DNA of 64,000 nucleotides from an uncultured Acidobacteriota bacterium (GCA_963782585.1 CAWAKL010000005.1:26614-90613), one strand, 5' to 3'. Counted from the first letter of the stretch, positions 30,866-40,721 are shown. Notes: a model not told the origin generated them from the sequence alone. Numbers and translations are program-made.

Positions 30866-31684
30866 TCAGGGCCTGGGAAAGAAGAGGATCAGCGCGAGCC
30901 CGAACAGGAAGCAATAGATCGCGAAGAGGTGCACCTTGCGGGTCGCGACGAGCCGTATCAGGAATCCGATCGTGAAGTAGCCCGTGACGCCGGCGATCGC
31001 CGCTCCGAGGACGTACTTTCCGAAGCCGGGCGTGCCGAAAAACGCGAACCCCTGGTGCCGATAGGCCGAGGCGAGCTCGAGGCCGATCGCTCCGAGGATC
31101 GCCGGAATCGCGAGCAGGAACGTGAAGTCCGCCGCCCAGCGCGCCGCGAGCCCGAGCAGCAGGCCCACGGCGATCGTCGAGGCCGAGCGCGACAGGCCGG
31201 GCAGCACGGCAAAGCCCTGGGCGACGCCGATCAGGACCGCGTCGACGTACGGCATCGTCTCGCGGTCCTTCCGCCCCTCCCGGCGGAAGAACGACAGGAC
31301 GAGATAGAGACCGGTCAGGATCTCCATCGCGCCGACGAATCGCGGGTCGAGCTTGGTGGACTCGACCGTGGGCTTCAGGAGAAGCCCGATCACCGCGGTC
31401 GGCACGGTCGCGGCGAGCAGCAGCCACACCAGGCGCCACGCGCGGCGCCGATCCTCGACGTCGGCGGCGACGAGCCCGGCCGCCTCCTTCGCGAGCATCT
31501 CCCGGTAGTACACGAAGATCGCGGTGAGCGTCCCGACGTGCAGCATGACGTCGAAGAGCAATCCAACCTGACCGAACCCGGGCATGAGCATTTCGGCGGC
31601 CGAGAGGTGCCCGTCCGAGGAGACGGGGATGAACTCCGTCAGGCCCTGGATCAGGCCCAGAAGCGCCGCCTCGAACCAGCTCAT
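30866..31684 (-). CDS. uppP: Undecaprenyl-diphosphate phosphatase
   Basis: LGLIQGLTEFIPVSSDGHL, LHVGT, AQGFAVLPGLSRSASTI. Confidence 0.93.
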   Translation of the reverse strand: MSWFEAALLGLIQGLTEFIPVSSDGHLSAAEMLMPGFGQVGLLFDVMLHVGTLTAIFVYYREMLAKEAAGLVAADVEDRRRAWRLVWLLLAATVPTAVIGLLLKPTVESTKLDPRFVGAMEILTGLYLVLSFFRREGRKDRETMPYVDAVLIGVAQGFAVLPGLSRSASTIAVGLLLGLAARWAADFTFLLAIPAILGAIGLELASAYRHQGFAFFGTPGFGKYVLGAAIAGVTGYFTIGFLIRLVATRKVHLFAIYCFLFGLALILFFPRP

Positions 31685-31707
31685 GGCGTCAAAGTAGCAG
31701 AGTCGCT

Positions 31708-32979
31708 CTAGCCGTACGCGCGCAGCGTCGCCGCGAACCACACCGCGTTGGACGCGATCACGAAAAGCGCGCCGCCCCACAGCGCGACTCGCGCCGCGCT
31801 CTCCGGGATGTCGCCGAGGTCGGCGGCCGCGGCCGCGAGCCAGGGACTCCAGCCCCACAGATACCAGCCGCCGACGCCGCCCCAGTCTCCGTAGTACCGG
31901 CGGTTCGCGATCGCGAAGACCGCGAAACCGGCGGCGGCCGCGAGGAGTCCGGCGGCGTGCGCGCGCCACCGCCGCGGCGCCGGGCGTCGCCGAAACGCCA
32001 CGGCGAGCGCGGCGAGCCAGAGGGCATACGCCGCGGTGAGCCAGCGCGGCGGGCGCAGGAGGGAGAATCCTCCGACCCAGAACGTCGTCTTCACGAACGC
32101 GTACACCGAGCGCAGGAAGCCCTTCGCGGCCTGAAGCGGCGGCTCCCCCATGGGCCCTCCGGGGAAATTGAGCTCGAGCGTTCCGCCCCACAGCCAGCCG
32201 CGCGCGGCCTGCAGCGGAAACACGAGAAGCGCTGCGGCGGCGGCCGCGGCGGCGAGCCGCACGCGATGCGCCTCCGCCAGCGCCACGACCGCGAAGACGA
32301 CGATGGGGATCGCCGTCAGCTTGATCGCGGGGCCCGCCGCGAGCAGCAGGACGATCGCCCAGGGAGGCCACGGCCTGTCGAGAGCGGCGAGGACGAGGGA
32401 CGCCCACAGGAAGATCGCGGCCTCGTTCGAGCAGCGCGCCAGCCCCTCGGCCGCTCCCGGCAGAAGCAGAGCGAGGAGGCCCGCGGCGGCGAGGGCCGGC
32501 GGAAAGCGCGACGCGACCGCCCGCAGCGGACCGAAGAGCGCCGCCGCGACGCAGGCGACCGCGAGGAGGCGTGCGTAAAGAAGGGCGCCCGCGACTCCGA
32601 GCGGAAACGGCGTGAGCGCCCAGCCGGCCAGGGCGTAGAAGAGAGGCGGCTGGTTGGCCTCGATGTTGGGAATGCTCCGCGCCGGCGCGAGCGGCGGAGC
32701 GCTCCGCAACAGGTCGAAGGTCCCCCGCGCTTCTCCATACGTCGGGCAGCCCAGGGTCGCGTGCAGCGACTCCCGGCACGGGTAGGCCGCGACGGCCGAG
32801 AGAATCTCTGCCGAAACGTTCCGGCCCGCGAACGCCTCCGCGATCGGCCGGCGGGCGAAGTCCCAGATCCGGGCGAGATGCTGCGGCTCGTCGGGGCCCT
32901 CGAACGCCGGCAGGTACACGGCGTGAAACGCCATCCGCAACACGACGGCTCCGGCGAGAAGCCCGATGCCCCGCTTCAT
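31708..32979 (-). CDS. Polytopic membrane protein, DUF2142-like/GT-C fold (putative lipid-linked sugar transferase)
   Basis: FEGPDEPQH motif after TM1, EANQPPLFY, SNE motif, about 10 hydrophobic segments. Confidence 0.7.
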   Translation of the reverse strand: MKRGIGLLAGAVVLRMAFHAVYLPAFEGPDEPQHLARIWDFARRPIAEAFAGRNVSAEILSAVAAYPCRESLHATLGCPTYGEARGTFDLLRSAPPLAPARSIPNIEANQPPLFYALAGWALTPFPLGVAGALLYARLLAVACVAAALFGPLRAVASRFPPALAAAGLLALLLPGAAEGLARCSNEAAIFLWASLVLAALDRPWPPWAIVLLLAAGPAIKLTAIPIVVFAVVALAEAHRVRLAAAAAAAALLVFPLQAARGWLWGGTLELNFPGGPMGEPPLQAAKGFLRSVYAFVKTTFWVGGFSLLRPPRWLTAAYALWLAALAVAFRRRPAPRRWRAHAAGLLAAAAGFAVFAIANRRYYGDWGGVGGWYLWGWSPWLAAAAADLGDIPESAARVALWGGALFVIASNAVWFAATLRAYG

Positions 32980-32989
32980 CGGGGCTTCT

Positions 32990-33013
32990 TCACAGCGTCA
33001 CAGCGTCACAGCA
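32990..33013. repeat. 8-bp tandem repeat x3 at the rnj stop
   Basis: TCACAGCG TCACAGCG TCACAGCA. Confidence 0.8.
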
Positions 33014-34613
33014 GGACCGGCACGATCACGGGGCGCAGGCCCAGGGTGCGGCGGCACGCCCGGCGGGCGGCCAGCGCAATCTCCGCGCGCAGCCACTCCG
33101 CGTCGCCGCGCTCTTCCGCCGTGGCCCGCCCGAGAACGGCGCGGGTTGCCCGCGAGACCTCCCCGGCCAGCGCGCCGTCGTCCGCTGCGACTCCACGGGA
33201 AACGACGTCGACGTCGTCGCCGCGCACGAGGACGACGACCACCCCCTCCGCCGCGAGATGCCGGCGCTCCCGCACGACGTCGGGATTGACGGCCTCGGTG
33301 CGGTCGTCGAGAAACACGGTGCCGCAGGCGACGGCCGCGGGCTCGATCCGCATCGCGCCGTTCTCGAGAACGAGCCGATCGCCGTTGTCCAGCAGGGGCA
33401 CGCGCTCGCCCGGCACGCCGACGTCCCGCGCGATCTCCGCGGCGGCGACGAGCATCCGGCGGTCGCCGTGCACGGGCATCACGGCCCGCGGGCGGATCAG
33501 GCGCAGCCACTCGGCGATCTCGCCCGCGTGCGCGTGGCCGGAGACGTGGATCGGAGGATCCGACTCGCGAACGATCCGCGCGCCCCGGCGCACGAGGTGA
33601 TCGCACATCCGGTTGACCGAACGCTCGTGCCCCGGGATCGTGCGCGCCGAGAGCAGGACGAGGTCGCCCTCCGAGAGCTCCAGGTCCGTATGCTCCCCGA
33701 GCGCCAGGCGGTAGAGCGCGGAGCCGGGCTCGCCCTGGCTACCCGAGGTCAGGCACAGCAGCCGCTCGGGAGGCGTGTGCCGCAGATCCGCGGACGGGAT
33801 CCGCGCGCCCATCGGGAGGCGCAGCCGCCCGAAACGCTCGGCGATCTCCGCGACCGCCCGCATGCTCCGTCCCAGCATCGCGACGCGACGTCCGACGGTG
33901 AGCCCGGCGTCGATGCCCTGGGACAGCCGGGCGACGTGGCTCGAGAACGTCGTGAGGATGACCCGCCCGCGGGCGGTCCGCACGGCGGATCGCAGGCCGT
34001 CGCCGGCCGCGCGCTCCGAGAGGGAGTGGCCCGGCCTTTCGGCGTTGGTCGAATCCACCAGCGCGAGGTCGACCCCCGCCTTCACCGCGGCCGCGATTCC
34101 CTCGCGATCCGTCGTCTCGCCGTCGGGAGGGTCCTCGTCGAGCTTGAAGTCCCCCGAGTGAAGGACGCGCGCGCCGCCGGCCTCGATGAGAACGGCGGCC
34201 GAGCCCGGCACCGAGTGCGAGACCCGGAAGAACGTCACGCGGAAGGGACCGGCCTCGATCGCCTCGCGGCCGCGGGCCTCGACGAGGCCTCCGAGGGAGA
34301 GCGCGGACTCCTCGAGCCGGCGGCGGGCCATCGCCAGCGTGAACGGGAAACCGTGGACCGGCGCGTCGCACCACTCGCGCAGGTACGGAAGCGCGCCGAC
34401 GTGATCCTCGTGGCCGTGCGTCAGAAACACGGCCTCGATGCGCTCCTTCGCGAGGACCGCGAAATCCGGAGCGATCCGGTCGACGCCCGGGAACGTCTCG
34501 TCCGGAAACGACACGCCGACATCCACGAGGATGCTCACGCCGTCGCACCGCAGCCAGAGAACGTTCTTCCCGAACTCGCCGACGCCGCCGAGGGGAACGA
34601 GCTCGAGGCTCAC
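33006..34613 (-). CDS. rnj: Ribonuclease J
   Basis: PLGGVGEFGKN, FLTHGHEDHVG, VSHSVP, SGDFKLD, TFSSHVAR, GSQGEP, IHVSGHA. Confidence 0.92.
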   Translation of the reverse strand: MSLELVPLGGVGEFGKNVLWLRCDGVSILVDVGVSFPDETFPGVDRIAPDFAVLAKERIEAVFLTHGHEDHVGALPYLREWCDAPVHGFPFTLAMARRRLEESALSLGGLVEARGREAIEAGPFRVTFFRVSHSVPGSAAVLIEAGGARVLHSGDFKLDEDPPDGETTDREGIAAAVKAGVDLALVDSTNAERPGHSLSERAAGDGLRSAVRTARGRVILTTFSSHVARLSQGIDAGLTVGRRVAMLGRSMRAVAEIAERFGRLRLPMGARIPSADLRHTPPERLLCLTSGSQGEPGSALYRLALGEHTDLELSEGDLVLLSARTIPGHERSVNRMCDHLVRRGARIVRESDPPIHVSGHAHAGEIAEWLRLIRPRAVMPVHGDRRMLVAAAEIARDVGVPGERVPLLDNGDRLVLENGAMRIEPAAVACGTVFLDDRTEAVNPDVVRERRHLAAEGVVVVLVRGDDVDVVSRGVAADDGALAGEVSRATRAVLGRATAEERGDAEWLRAEIALAARRACRRTLGLRPVIVPVLL

Positions 34614-35440
34614 GCGCGCCAGCCTCGGGCGAGCGCGAGGAAGTCGTCGAGCGCGAGCTCTTCCGCGCGGACGAGCGGCCCGCGGCCCAGTGTTTCGAGA
34701 GCGGCTTCCCAGTGGGACCGCGGCGCCGCCGACGACAGAGCGTTCGCGAGCGTCTTGCGGCGCGCGTTGAACCCGAGGGAGGCGAGCGTCAGCGCGCGCT
34801 TGACCACGGCCGGATCGGGCGGCTCGGGCCGCGGCACGAGCTCGAGGACGCTCGACATCACCTTGGGCCGGGGCCGGAACGCGCCGGGCGGAAGGTCGAA
34901 GAGGATCCGCCCCTCCGCCAGAGCGGCGGCGCGGACCGAGAGATAGCCGTACGCATCCTGCCCCGCCTTCGCGACGAAGCGGCGCGCCACCTCGCGCTGC
35001 ACGGTCGCGACCACGCGCCGGATGCGCCCGCCCGACTCGAGGGCGGCGAAGAGAATCGGTGTCGCCGCGTTGTACGGGAGGTTGGCCACGAGCAGCCCCC
35101 CGTCCGCGCAGCCCGCCGCCTCGAGCCACCCGGCGAGCGGCCGGTCGAGGACGTCGCCCGAAAACACGCGGACGTTCGGGTCGCTCGCGTACTCGGCCGC
35201 GAGGAGCTCGGCCCGGCGCGGATCGATCTCGACCGCCGCCACTCTGCGGGCGCTTCCGGCCAGGAACCGGGTGAGCGCGCCATCGCCGGGGCCGACCTCG
35301 AGCACGCAGTCGTCCGGTCCGATGCGGGCGGCGTCGACGATGCGGCGCGCCGTCTCGGGGCTCGCCAGGAAGTGCTGCCCCCACCGCTTGCGGGCGGGGA
35401 TCCGCGGCCGATTCCGGCCGGGCTGCCTTTCACCGCTCAT
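34610..35440 (-). CDS. rsmA: 16S rRNA dimethyladenosine transferase RsmA/KsgA
   Basis: KRWGQHFL, VLEVGPGDGALT, VEID, VANLPYN, AFRPRPKV. Confidence 0.95.
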   Translation of the reverse strand: MSGERQPGRNRPRIPARKRWGQHFLASPETARRIVDAARIGPDDCVLEVGPGDGALTRFLAGSARRVAAVEIDPRRAELLAAEYASDPNVRVFSGDVLDRPLAGWLEAAGCADGGLLVANLPYNAATPILFAALESGGRIRRVVATVQREVARRFVAKAGQDAYGYLSVRAAALAEGRILFDLPPGAFRPRPKVMSSVLELVPRPEPPDPAVVKRALTLASLGFNARRKTLANALSSAAPRSHWEAALETLGRGPLVRAEELALDDFLALARGWRA

Positions 35441-35519
35441 CGCTCATGCTGTGACGGCATCGGCTCGCGTGGGGAGCACGGCGCAGGAGGCTATCAGATG
35501 GTAGAATTTTTCAATCGGG

Positions 35520-36668
35520 ATGGGCGCTTTGCAGGTCAATACACTGGAGAATCGTCGCCTCGAAAACTTTCTCGAGCGGCACAAGGCGTACTACGCCTAC
35601 ACGGGTGAAATCGAGATCGACCGGTTCCTGCGCGAGATCCTCCAGAAGGCGAACGAATTCGTTCCGTCCGAGGCCGGCTCGATCCTCCTCGACGATCCGA
35701 TGACGAAGAACTCCGACGACCGGCTCGAAAACGAGCTCGTGTTCATCGCGACCTTCGGCGCGCACGGCGAGTCCCGGCTCGGCAAGCGCATGAACGCGCG
35801 CGACGGCATCGTCGGCCACGTCTACGCCACCGGCGTCGCGTACATGACCGACGACGTCGTGGACGACCCGTTCCACTACCCGACGCTCGATCTGAGCGAT
35901 GGTTTCCAGACCAAGTCCGTCCTCTGCGTGCCGGTCCGGATCGAGTCCTCCGTCTGCGGCGTGCTCGAGCTCGTCAATCGCGCCGGGCCCGGAGGATTTC
36001 GCGAGAAGGACCGCCGGCTCCTCGAAATCTTCGCCGACTACGCCTCGATCTCGATCCAGAACCTGCTCGACGCGCGGCGCGCGTACGAAGTCGCCAAGCG
36101 CGACGGCCTGACGGGGCTGTACAACGAGCGTTACCTGCACCTCCGCCTGACGCAGGAGCTCTCGCGAATCTCGCGGGACGGCGGGGACCTCTCGGTGGTC
36201 TTCCTCGATCTCGACAACCTCAAGTCCGTCAACGATCGGCACGGGCATCTCGCCGGAAGCCAGGTGCTCCGCGAGGTCGGCTACATCCTGCGGCGCACGA
36301 TCACCGACGAGCGCGCGACCCTCACACGTTATGGCGGGGACGAGTTCGTCCTCATTCTCCCGGGCCACGACCTGCAGGAGGGCCTGGAAGCCGCCGAGGC
36401 GATTCGAAGCGCCATTCGCAGCGCGACGTTTCTCTTCCGGCCTTATGGATTCAACGAACCGGCGCTCAATCTCCACGGAGTCATCACGGCCTCGCTCGGC
36501 CTCTCGTCGATCCGATCCCACGCGACACCGGGGGCGTCGGTCGAGCAGCACAAGAACGAGCTCCTCCGAGCCGCGGACACGGCGCTCTACCGCGCCAAGG
36601 AACACGGCAAGGACCGCTGCACGGCAGCGAGCCTCGAAGACGCGCGAATCCCGGCGCTTTCGGGCTGA
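35520..36668 (+). CDS. GAF-GGDEF diguanylate cyclase
   Basis: GAF domain (GIVGHV, SVLCVPV, GVLELVNR), then DGLTGLYN, DLDNLKSVNDRHGHLAGS and RYGGDEF. Confidence 0.92.
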   Translation: MGALQVNTLENRRLENFLERHKAYYAYTGEIEIDRFLREILQKANEFVPSEAGSILLDDPMTKNSDDRLENELVFIATFGAHGESRLGKRMNARDGIVGHVYATGVAYMTDDVVDDPFHYPTLDLSDGFQTKSVLCVPVRIESSVCGVLELVNRAGPGGFREKDRRLLEIFADYASISIQNLLDARRAYEVAKRDGLTGLYNERYLHLRLTQELSRISRDGGDLSVVFLDLDNLKSVNDRHGHLAGSQVLREVGYILRRTITDERATLTRYGGDEFVLILPGHDLQEGLEAAEAIRSAIRSATFLFRPYGFNEPALNLHGVITASLGLSSIRSHATPGASVEQHKNELLRAADTALYRAKEHGKDRCTAASLEDARIPALSG

Positions 36669-36754
36669 CCGACGGTCGGTTCCGCCGCTTCCGACTGGGC
36701 GCTGGTTCCTCTTCGGACAGCGTTTCCGACGGCCGGGGTTCTGCCTCTGGGCGA

Positions 36755-36784
36755 TTGACGGAATGCTGGGCCTCCTGCTACCGT
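36755..36784 (+). promoter_or_regulatory. Putative sigma70 promoter of lat
   Basis: TTGACG-N18-TACCGT with an extended TG; GAGGAG RBS before ATG 36837. Confidence 0.55.
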
Positions 36785-36836
36785 TCCCTCTCCCGGCCGC
36801 TTTTTCGCCCTTTTTGCGCCTTCTGAGGAGCTCACC

Positions 36837-38183
36837 ATGCCGCCGACCCTGACCCGCGAGCAGCTCTCGCCGAAGAACGTCCTCGACGTCCTTTCGCGCC
36901 ACATCCTCGTCGACGGGTACCACGTCGTCATGGACATGGAGCGGAGCCGCGGCTCCTACCTCTACGACGCGCGCAGCGACCGGCCGATCCTGGACTTCTT
37001 CTCCTGCTTCGCGACCATTCCGGTCGGCTACAACCACCCGAAGATGCAGGACCCCGAGTTCCGGGAAGCGCTCATGGAAGCGGCCCTCACGAAGCCCTCG
37101 ACGAGCGACATCTACACGGAGCACTTCGCGCGCTTCGTCGAGACCTTCTCGGACCTCGCGGTGCCGAAGAGCCACACCGACCACATGTTCTTCGTCGAGG
37201 GCGGCACCCTCGCGATCGAGAACACGCTCAAGACGGCCTTCGACTGGAAGATCCGCAAGAACCTGGCCCGGGGCCGCGGCGAGAAGGGCACGCAGATCCT
37301 CCACTTCCAGAACGCGTTCCACGGACGGTCGGGCTACTCGCTCTCGATGACCAACACCGCCGACCCCCGAAAGACCCAGTACTTCCCGAAGTTCGACTGG
37401 CCGCGCCTGTCCTGCCCGCGCCTCTCCTTCCCGGTGACCGAGCAGATCGTCCGCGAGGTCGCCGCCGCCGAGGAGACGGTCGAGAAGGAGATCCGGGCCG
37501 CGTGCGCCGCCCGCCCCGACGACATCGCGGCGCTGATCATCGAACCGATCCAGGGCGAAGGCGGCGACAACCACTTCCGCCCCGAGCTCTTCCGCCGCCT
37601 GCGCGCGCTCGCCGACGAGCTCGAGTTCCTCCTCATCTTCGACGAGGTCCAGACCGGCGTGGGGCTGACCGGCTCGATGTGGTACTGGCAGCAGATCGGT
37701 GTCGAGCCCGACATGTTCGCCTTCGGCAAGAAGACGCAGGTGTGCGGGTTCGCGTCCAACCACCGGATCGACGACGTTCCGGACAACGTCTTCCGGGTCT
37801 CCTCCCGCATCAACTCGACCTGGGGCGGAAACCTCGTCGACATGATCCGCTCGGCGAAGTACTTCGAGATCATCACCGAGGAGAACCTGATCGAGAACGC
37901 GCGCGTCGTGGGCGAGTACCTGCAGGCCCGCCTCGCGGAGCTCGCCGCCGAGTTTCCGGGGGTCATGACGAACGTCCGTGGCCGCGGGCTCTTCATCGCG
38001 TTCGACCTGCCCGACAAGGCCATGCGCGACCGCACGCTCGCCGCCTGCCTCGAGAACGGCCTGATGGGCCTCGCCTCGGGCGCGAACGCCATCCGCTTCC
38101 GCCCGCACCTCGTTCTCACGAAGGACGAATCGGACGAAGGCGTCCGGAAGCTGCGCCGGGCAATAACGGCCGCGAGGGCATGA
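36837..38183 (+). CDS. lat: L-lysine 6-transaminase
   Basis: HILVDG, FFVEGGTLAIENTLKTAFDWK, AFHGRSGY, EPIQGEGGD, FDEVQTG, FGKKTQV, INSTWGGN. Confidence 0.93.
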   Translation: MPPTLTREQLSPKNVLDVLSRHILVDGYHVVMDMERSRGSYLYDARSDRPILDFFSCFATIPVGYNHPKMQDPEFREALMEAALTKPSTSDIYTEHFARFVETFSDLAVPKSHTDHMFFVEGGTLAIENTLKTAFDWKIRKNLARGRGEKGTQILHFQNAFHGRSGYSLSMTNTADPRKTQYFPKFDWPRLSCPRLSFPVTEQIVREVAAAEETVEKEIRAACAARPDDIAALIIEPIQGEGGDNHFRPELFRRLRALADELEFLLIFDEVQTGVGLTGSMWYWQQIGVEPDMFAFGKKTQVCGFASNHRIDDVPDNVFRVSSRINSTWGGNLVDMIRSAKYFEIITEENLIENARVVGEYLQARLAELAAEFPGVMTNVRGRGLFIAFDLPDKAMRDRTLAACLENGLMGLASGANAIRFRPHLVLTKDESDEGVRKLRRAITAARA

Positions 38184-38269
38184 GCGTGACGGACTCGCTC
38201 TTCGCTCCCGTCCGCGCGTCGAGCGCGGCTCAGAGCACCCGGAAGCTGCGCCGGGCGATCACGGCCGCG
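38144..38269 (+). repeat. 31-bp direct repeat duplicating the 3' end of lat around a short insert
   Basis: CCGGAAGCTGCGCCGGGCAATAACGGCCGCG (38144-38174) vs CCGGAAGCTGCGCCGGGCGATCACGGCCGCG (38239-38269). Two synonymous mismatches. Confidence 0.85.
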
Positions 38270-38293
38270 CGGTCCTAGGAGCTTCTCCGCTTC

Positions 38294-38962
38294 GTGGTCC
38301 GGCGCCTCGTCCTGTTCACCGCCGCCGCGGTTGCCGCCGCGGCGGTTTTGTTTTGGGCGACGCTGCCCGACGTCTCTCCGCTCGCCACGAGCTGGCCGAA
38401 GACGACCGCATTCATGGAAAGGCGCAAGGCGCGCCTCGTCCGCGACGGGAAGCGCGTGCGCCTCGACTGGAGGCCCGTGCCTCTCGCCCGGATCGCTCCG
38501 GACCTCCGCCGCGCGGTCGTGGTCGCCGAGGACGCGCGCTTCTGGGAGCACGCCGGCGTCGACTGGCAGGCGATGCGCGGGGCCCTCGAGAAGAACTGGG
38601 AGAAGGGCGACCTCAAGGTCGGCGGCTCGACCATCACGCAGCAGCTCGCCAAGAACCTCTACCTGTCGCCGGCCCGGACGCCCTGGCGCAAGCTCCGGGA
38701 GGTCGCGATCGCGCACCGCCTCGAGGCGCGGCTCCCGAAGAAGCGGATCCTCGAGCTGTACCTGAACGTGATCGAGTTCGGCCCCCAGACGTACGGCGTC
38801 GAGGCCGCCGCGCGCCGCTATCTCGGCAAATCCGCCGCCGAGGTCTCGAGGGAAGAGGCCGCCACCCTGGCCGCGGTGATCCCGTCGCCTCGCATCTACG
38901 ATCCGGTGAAGCATCCCGGCCGGGTGGCGCGGCGCGCCCGCCGGATCCTGCGCTGGATGTGA
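38294..38962 (+). CDS. mtgA: Monofunctional peptidoglycan transglycosylase
   Basis: AEDARFWEHAGVD, GGSTITQQLAKNLYL, RKLREV, ELYLNVIEFG. Confidence 0.92.
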   Translation: MVRRLVLFTAAAVAAAAVLFWATLPDVSPLATSWPKTTAFMERRKARLVRDGKRVRLDWRPVPLARIAPDLRRAVVVAEDARFWEHAGVDWQAMRGALEKNWEKGDLKVGGSTITQQLAKNLYLSPARTPWRKLREVAIAHRLEARLPKKRILELYLNVIEFGPQTYGVEAAARRYLGKSAAEVSREEAATLAAVIPSPRIYDPVKHPGRVARRARRILRWM

Positions 38963-39039
38963 CGCGGCGGCGGCGCCGCGAGAAAGTCCGGGGCTGACTT
39001 CAGGTTCCCGCCGGTACAATCTGACCGGAGGTGAGTCGG

Positions 39040-39867
39040 ATGCGTTTGCTTTCCCGCGCGCTCGCGGTCCTGGGGGTCGCCCTCGTCGCCGCCGCCTGCT
39101 CCCGCAAGCCCGGCACGATCGAAATCTCTCCCAAGAAGGTCACGATCTACGGCCTGGCGCGTGGTCAGCGTCTGACCGTCCGCGTGCTCGACAAGAAGGG
39201 CCAGCTCATGGAAGGGAAATCCCCGGGCTGGACCTCTTCGGACGGCTCGACGGTGGACGTCGATGCCGGAGGCCGGGTCGTCGCGAAGAAAGCCGGAAAG
39301 GCGACGGTGACGGCGGAGTACCAGGGAGTCAGCGCGCAGGTCCCCGTCGAGGTCGTCGACATCGCCAGCATCGAGTTCGGCGCTCCGTCGCTCTCCCTCA
39401 TCGGTCCCGCCGGGACCTCCATCCCGCTCACCTGGCAGGTCCTCGACTCCAAGCAGGCGAAGGTCGACATCGCGCCGACCTGGTCGACTTCCGACCCGAA
39501 GGTGGCCACCGTCTCGGACGCCGGCCTCGTGACCTCGGTCGCCGCCGGCACAACCACCGTCGTGGCCAAGGTCGGCGACGTCCAGGGGGCGTGCGAAGTC
39601 GCCGTCAGCGTGCGCGCGATCGCGCGGCTCGAGGTGCGGCCGGCGACGGCGCTCGTTCGCGTCGGCGATTCCCAGCGCTTCGTCGTCACGGCCTTCGGTC
39701 CCGACGGCCAAGCCATCCCGGACGTGGCCGCGGCGTTTCGATCCTCGGACCCGGCCGTCGCCTCCGTCGCGGCGTCCGGGGTCGCCACGGGCCACAAAGC
39801 CGGCGCCGCGACGATCAAGGCGGAGCTGGCGGGCGCGGCGGCCGAAGCGTCCCTGCTCGTGAACTGA
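39040..39867 (+). CDS. Lipoprotein with about three bacterial Ig-like (Big_2) domains
   Basis: Lipobox VAAAC. Repeats WTSSDGSTVDVDAGG, WSTSDPKVATVSDAG and FRSSDPAVASVAASG. Confidence 0.8.
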   Translation: MRLLSRALAVLGVALVAAACSRKPGTIEISPKKVTIYGLARGQRLTVRVLDKKGQLMEGKSPGWTSSDGSTVDVDAGGRVVAKKAGKATVTAEYQGVSAQVPVEVVDIASIEFGAPSLSLIGPAGTSIPLTWQVLDSKQAKVDIAPTWSTSDPKVATVSDAGLVTSVAAGTTTVVAKVGDVQGACEVAVSVRAIARLEVRPATALVRVGDSQRFVVTAFGPDGQAIPDVAAAFRSSDPAVASVAASGVATGHKAGAATIKAELAGAAAEASLLVN

Positions 39868-39893
39868 GGCCGACGGCGGGAGGATCCGCACCG

Positions 39894-40721
39894 ATGCGCG
39901 TCCGTCCCCCCGCCGTGGCCGGCGCCTTCTACGACGCGCGGCCGGACCGTCTCGATCGCGACGTGCGCGAGCGCCTCGCACTCGCGGAAGCCGGCGCCGA
40001 TTCCGCCCCGCGCGCGGCCTTCGGAGCGATCGTTCCCCACGCCGGTTACGTCTACTCGGGCCCCGTCGCCGCCGCCGTCTACGCCCGGCTGCAGATCCCG
40101 CCAACCTGCGTCATCCTCTGCCCCAACCACACCGGCCGCGGCGCGCCGGCCGCGCTGGAACCGTCCGACGCCTGGAGGACTCCGCTCGGCGACGTACCGG
40201 TCGACCGCCGGCTCGCGCGGCGGTTCTCCGAGCTCGCGCCCTCGCTCGAGGAGGACGATGAGGCGCACCGCCGCGAGCACTCGCTCGAGGTCCAGCTGCC
40301 GTTTCTGCAGGTCCTCCGGCGCGACGTGTCCTTCGTCCCGATCTGCCTGGGCGAGCCGAGCCTCGCGCTCTGCCGGGAGATCGGCGAGGCCTTCGCGACG
40401 CTCCGCTCCGAGGAGGCGAACCCTCCCCTGCTGCTCGCCTCTTCGGACATGAACCACTACGAGAGCCGCGCGGTGGGACGCGCGAAAGACGACCGCGCCC
40501 TGGCTCGGGTCGAGTCCCTGGACGCGGAAGGCCTTTTTCGCACGGTCCGGACGGAGGCGATATCAATGTGCGGCTTCCTGCCGGCGACGGCCCTGCTCTT
40601 CGCCGCGCGCGCGGCCGGGGCGAGCCCGGCGGCCGTCATTGCCCGCCGCGACAGCGGCGACGAGACGGGAGATACTTCGAGCGTCGTCGGCTACGCCGGC
40701 GTCGTAATCGAGACAACGTAG
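39894..40721 (+). CDS. amrB: MEMO1-family protein (AmmeMemoRadiSam protein B)
   Basis: RPPAVAGAFY, PHAGYVYSG, PNHTG, EHSLEVQLPFLQ, ASSDMNHY, SMCG, VVGYAG. Confidence 0.9.
   Translation: MRVRPPAVAGAFYDARPDRLDRDVRERLALAEAGADSAPRAAFGAIVPHAGYVYSGPVAAAVYARLQIPPTCVILCPNHTGRGAPAALEPSDAWRTPLGDVPVDRRLARRFSELAPSLEEDDEAHRREHSLEVQLPFLQVLRRDVSFVPICLGEPSLALCREIGEAFATLRSEEANPPLLLASSDMNHYESRAVGRAKDDRALARVESLDAEGLFRTVRTEAISMCGFLPATALLFAARAAGASPAAVIARRDSGDETGDTSSVVGYAGVVIETT

Noticed and set aside
36669-36836. Lysine riboswitch or other ncRNA upstream of lat
   Set aside because: The region after the predicted promoter is only ~50 nt and no L-box conserved elements are recognisable.
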